Virus record (IMG/VR): IMGVR_UViG_3300009505_000017
Location: 1 to 54,897 of that record
Source: a virus
Lineage: Duplodnaviria; Caudoviricetes
Strand: one strand, 5' to 3'
DNA length: 54,897 bases
Part shown: one piece after another, positions 52,547-54,897 of the stretch
How positions within the stretch are numbered: position 1 is the first letter of the stretch
Layout: every line of letters starts with the position of its first letter
Made by a program: the position numbers and the translations under genes
Notes under the pieces: model-generated
What the model saw: only the letters and a program-made list of their open reading frames with translations
Told to the model about the DNA's origin: nothing
The model's database searches: none

Positions 52547-54118
52547 TTAATTTCTTTTCATTGTTACAATCGCATTAGTACTTAGTATCGTTGTAGCGAC
52601 ACTTACTGCGTTTCTTAGTGCATTCTTAGTGACTTTAGCAGGATCAATGATTCCCATTGCGTACATATCTCCATACTTTTTATTCTTAACATCATATCCA
52701 TGATTATAAGGAACATCTGCACACTCGCAAATAATATCTCTTACTTCTTTTACATTTTCACCTGCATTAATTAATATCTGCTCTAAAGGCGCAATTAAAG
52801 CTCCATATAAAATATCTTCAGCCCATCCTTCTCCTAATGATTCTGCACATCTTAACAAAGCCAAGCCTCCACCAGGAAGAATTCCTTCTTCAACTGCAGA
52901 ACGCACAGCGCAAACTGCGTCTTCTACTCTATCAAATTTTTCTTTTTGCTCAATATCAGAGTTTCCTCCTACATAAATGACTCCAACTCCACCTGACAAC
53001 AAAGCAATACGATTACTTATGAAGTCTCTTTCGTTTTTGTTCTTATTATTTTCTCTTTGAGTCTTAAGTTCTTGTATTCTCTTTGATGTCTCTGAATTGT
53101 CAGAGCCTTCTTTTAGAATAACACTAGATGAATTTCCAATAATAATCTTGTTAGCATGACCTAAGTCTTCCATTGTTAGACTTCCTAAGTTATCACCTTG
53201 TGATTCGCTGAAATATTTTGCTCCTGTAGAAAGAGCTATGTCTGAAAGTAATTCATTGGTCTTATATCCAAATGATGGTGGGATAATATTACATAACTTC
53301 AAATTATTCTGAACTACATTGGCAGCAAGAGTGTTTACTACGTTTTGAGCGCAGTTACCTATAATCAATAGTTTCTTGTTATTGTTTATAACAGGTTTTA
53401 ATATTGATTCAATTTGAAGAATGTTTGTAATCTCCATGTCAGTAATCAAAATCTCTACATCATCTAATATACATTCATCGTTTCTGTGGTTGTTTACAAA
53501 TAACTTTGAAGTATAACCTCTATCAATCTTAATACCCTTAGTAATGTCGTAGTAAGTCTGCTCAGTCTTGCTGTTCTCAACAGTTAAAACTCCGTCTTTC
53601 CCCAAATCCTTATAAGCAGATGAAATCATCTTACCAATATCTGGATCATTGTTAGCTGAAATAGTAGCAACATCCTTAAGAGTCTTTCCTGTAACTTTCT
53701 TTGAAGTCTTGTCAAGTGTCTCAATAACCTTTTCAGATAATTTATTTATATCCCTAATTAATTGAGTCGTGTTTACGTTGTCCTCTCTTTTTAATAACTG
53801 CATTCCCTCTTTTACAAGAGATTCAGTTAAAACAATAGCAGTAGTTGTTCCGTCTCCTGCTGAGGTCGCTGTTCTTTCAGCCGCCTCTTTCATCATACGC
53901 ACAGCCAGGTTCTCGACTGGGTCTTCTAAGTCTATTGATTTTGCAACCGTTACTCCGTCTTTAGTAACCGTTATGCCATGTGTATGGTTAGGAGACTCAA
54001 TAAGTACAGTCCTACCTAAAGGACCTAAAGTACTTTTTACCGCTTTTGAAATTTTAGTTATTCCATTAAGCAATTTATCTCTTCCCTCTTGCTCAAATGC
54101 TAGTTCTTTTGGATTCAT
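52547..54118 (-). CDS. groEL: Chaperonin GroEL (phage-encoded)
   Basis: TLGPLGR, VTKDGVTVAK, AGDGTTTA, EEGILPGGG, GIIDPAKV; lacks the GGM tail. Confidence 0.97.
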   Translation of the reverse strand: MNPKELAFEQEGRDKLLNGITKISKAVKSTLGPLGRTVLIESPNHTHGITVTKDGVTVAKSIDLEDPVENLAVRMMKEAAERTATSAGDGTTTAIVLTESLVKEGMQLLKREDNVNTTQLIRDINKLSEKVIETLDKTSKKVTGKTLKDVATISANNDPDIGKMISSAYKDLGKDGVLTVENSKTEQTYYDITKGIKIDRGYTSKLFVNNHRNDECILDDVEILITDMEITNILQIESILKPVINNNKKLLIIGNCAQNVVNTLAANVVQNNLKLCNIIPPSFGYKTNELLSDIALSTGAKYFSESQGDNLGSLTMEDLGHANKIIIGNSSSVILKEGSDNSETSKRIQELKTQRENNKNKNERDFISNRIALLSGGVGVIYVGGNSDIEQKEKFDRVEDAVCAVRSAVEEGILPGGGLALLRCAESLGEGWAEDILYGALIAPLEQILINAGENVKEVRDIICECADVPYNHGYDVKNKKYGDMYAMGIIDPAKVTKNALRNAVSVATTILSTNAIVTMKRN

Positions 54119-54141
54119 ATTTTAATTGATTTAATTTAAAG

Positions 54142-54149
54142 CAAATATA
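54142..54149 (-). promoter_or_regulatory. Bacteroidota -7 promoter element TATATTTG for groEL-groES
   Basis: Intergenic, 23 nt upstream of the groEL start. Confidence 0.65.
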
Positions 54150-54390
54150 CAACTATTTTAACATTATACAAATGCTTGTTTTATGTCTCTATATATATAT
54201 ATAGCGAAAACTATAATATATACTTTTTACTATCTCTATAAATACTATAAAAATCAACATAATTAACATATTAATATAAATAGATATAAAAGTAACTGTA
54301 AATCAATGAATTAAACTATGACCGTTTTATTTTAAAAACAACATTGGTCAGCATTAAATTAACATCCTAGCCGCATAAATGCGGTAAGCA
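54150..54390. other. Candidate replication origin: AT-rich non-coding tract with (C/T)AACAT iteron-like repeats
   Basis: AATCAACAT, AATTAACAT, AAACAACAT, GGTCAGCAT, AATTAACAT between 54252 and 54365; (TA)n run near 54189-54202; CCGCAT/ATGCGG hairpin at 54371-54384. Confidence 0.45.
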
Positions 54391-54391
54391 C

Positions 54392-54428
54392 AAAAAAAGA
54401 GGAAACAAATAAATGATCCTCTCTTTTC
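54392..54428 (-). terminator. Probable intrinsic terminator
   Basis: AGAGGA/TCCTCT stem with a T7 tract on the minus strand, after the 54459 gene. Confidence 0.5.
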
Positions 54429-54458
54429 TGAAACACAAATTAACTATTGGGAAGAAAG

Positions 54459-54665
54459 TTATCTGTAAATACTGTAAAAATCTTTTTTAGCTTCTGCAAG
54501 TTCAATGCCTTCTGCTATCATATTAATCTTCTTAGCACGATGTTTAGCTTTTTTAAAACTTGCTAATTTTTTAATGCCCATTTCATAATACTGCCCATGA
54601 CCGTCAAGCTCATGCTTGTTACGACTTGACATATACTCTTTCATGATTGGTTTTTTAATGTCCAT
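54459..54665 (-). CDS. Hypothetical protein
   Basis: 68-aa ORF overlapping the upstream gene. Confidence 0.65.
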   Translation of the reverse strand: MDIKKPIMKEYMSSRNKHELDGHGQYYEMGIKKLASFKKAKHRAKKINMIAEGIELAEAKKDFYSIYR

Positions 54666-54813
54666 ATTGTTGCCATTTAATGTTTATACTTATTATACCT
54701 AGATAAATTACTAATTCATCATAAGGGTACTCCTCAATTGCTACGTAGTATCCCCAACCTAATGCAAATCCTACCGAAAGCCTTTCTTGTATTTCAATGA
54801 CAACTCCTTCCAT
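54655..54813 (-). CDS. Small hydrophobic hypothetical protein (probably leaderless)
   Basis: MEGVVIEIQERLSVGFALGWGYY..; -7 element TATATTTG (54825-54818) lies 4 nt before this ATG. Confidence 0.6.
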   Translation of the reverse strand: MEGVVIEIQERLSVGFALGWGYYVAIEEYPYDELVIYLGIISINIKWQQYGH

Positions 54814-54897
54814 GTAGCAAATATACAAAAAAAATTTGACTAATCGCATATATATAGTGTTTGGGTAATATTATATTATACGCACAACATAGCTCAT

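Noticed and set aside
52278-54118. groEL/groES as host chromosomal DNA (prophage boundary or chimera)
   Set aside because: Divergent sequence, no GGM tail, reversed gene order, and phage-like small ORFs on both sides; no integrase or att site seen
414-54125. Numerous antisense ORFs in the six-frame track (e.g. 414-743, 832-1140, 6120-6455, 13950-14279, 42843-43229, 46088-46507, 53769-54125)
   Set aside because: They mirror well-supported genes on the other strand and lack their own start context or recognisable motifs
1-54897. tRNA genes or stop-codon reassignment
   Set aside because: No cloverleaf with T-loop consensus found in intergenic gaps; genes are intact and densely packed under the standard bacterial code

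Overview
This window looks like most of the genome of an AT-rich tailed dsDNA phage, probably of podovirus type, infecting a Bacteroidota (likely Flavobacteriia) host. The host call rests on many TAnnTTTG sigma70 -7 promoter elements, A-rich non-Shine-Dalgarno start contexts and a BT4734/VirE-N-type primase. The left arm (1-13.6 kb, + strand) holds small acidic early genes, a secreted 3D-domain protein, a Gp88-like protein, two DnaA domain-IV-like proteins, a Sak/RecE/SSB recombination module, a primase-helicase, an SF2 helicase, VRR-NUC, a metallophosphoesterase and a dATP/dGTP diphosphohydrolase-like protein. The right arm (13.6-54.9 kb, almost all - strand) holds giant internal virion proteins, tail and ring proteins, major capsid, scaffold, portal, terminase, a 2OG-Fe(II) oxygenase, a tandem GroES-like protein, a YadA-repeat tail fibre, holin/amidase, a run of tiny basic proteins, and GroES/GroEL. 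I saw no DNA polymerase, integrase, tRNA or CRISPR array. The most interesting signals are: (i) apparent hidden second-frame coding, namely a lipoprotein-like ORF nested in terL, an MPFK-type small gene nested in the 2594-aa gene, and an A10 slippery site opening a -1 frame; (ii) a dispersed 16-bp motif, TGTTCACACTCATCAT, that resembles a DnaA box; (iii) an iteron-like candidate origin sharing repeats with the primase leader; and (iv) a pseudoknot in the ssb leader. All family assignments come from motif recognition by eye, not database searches.
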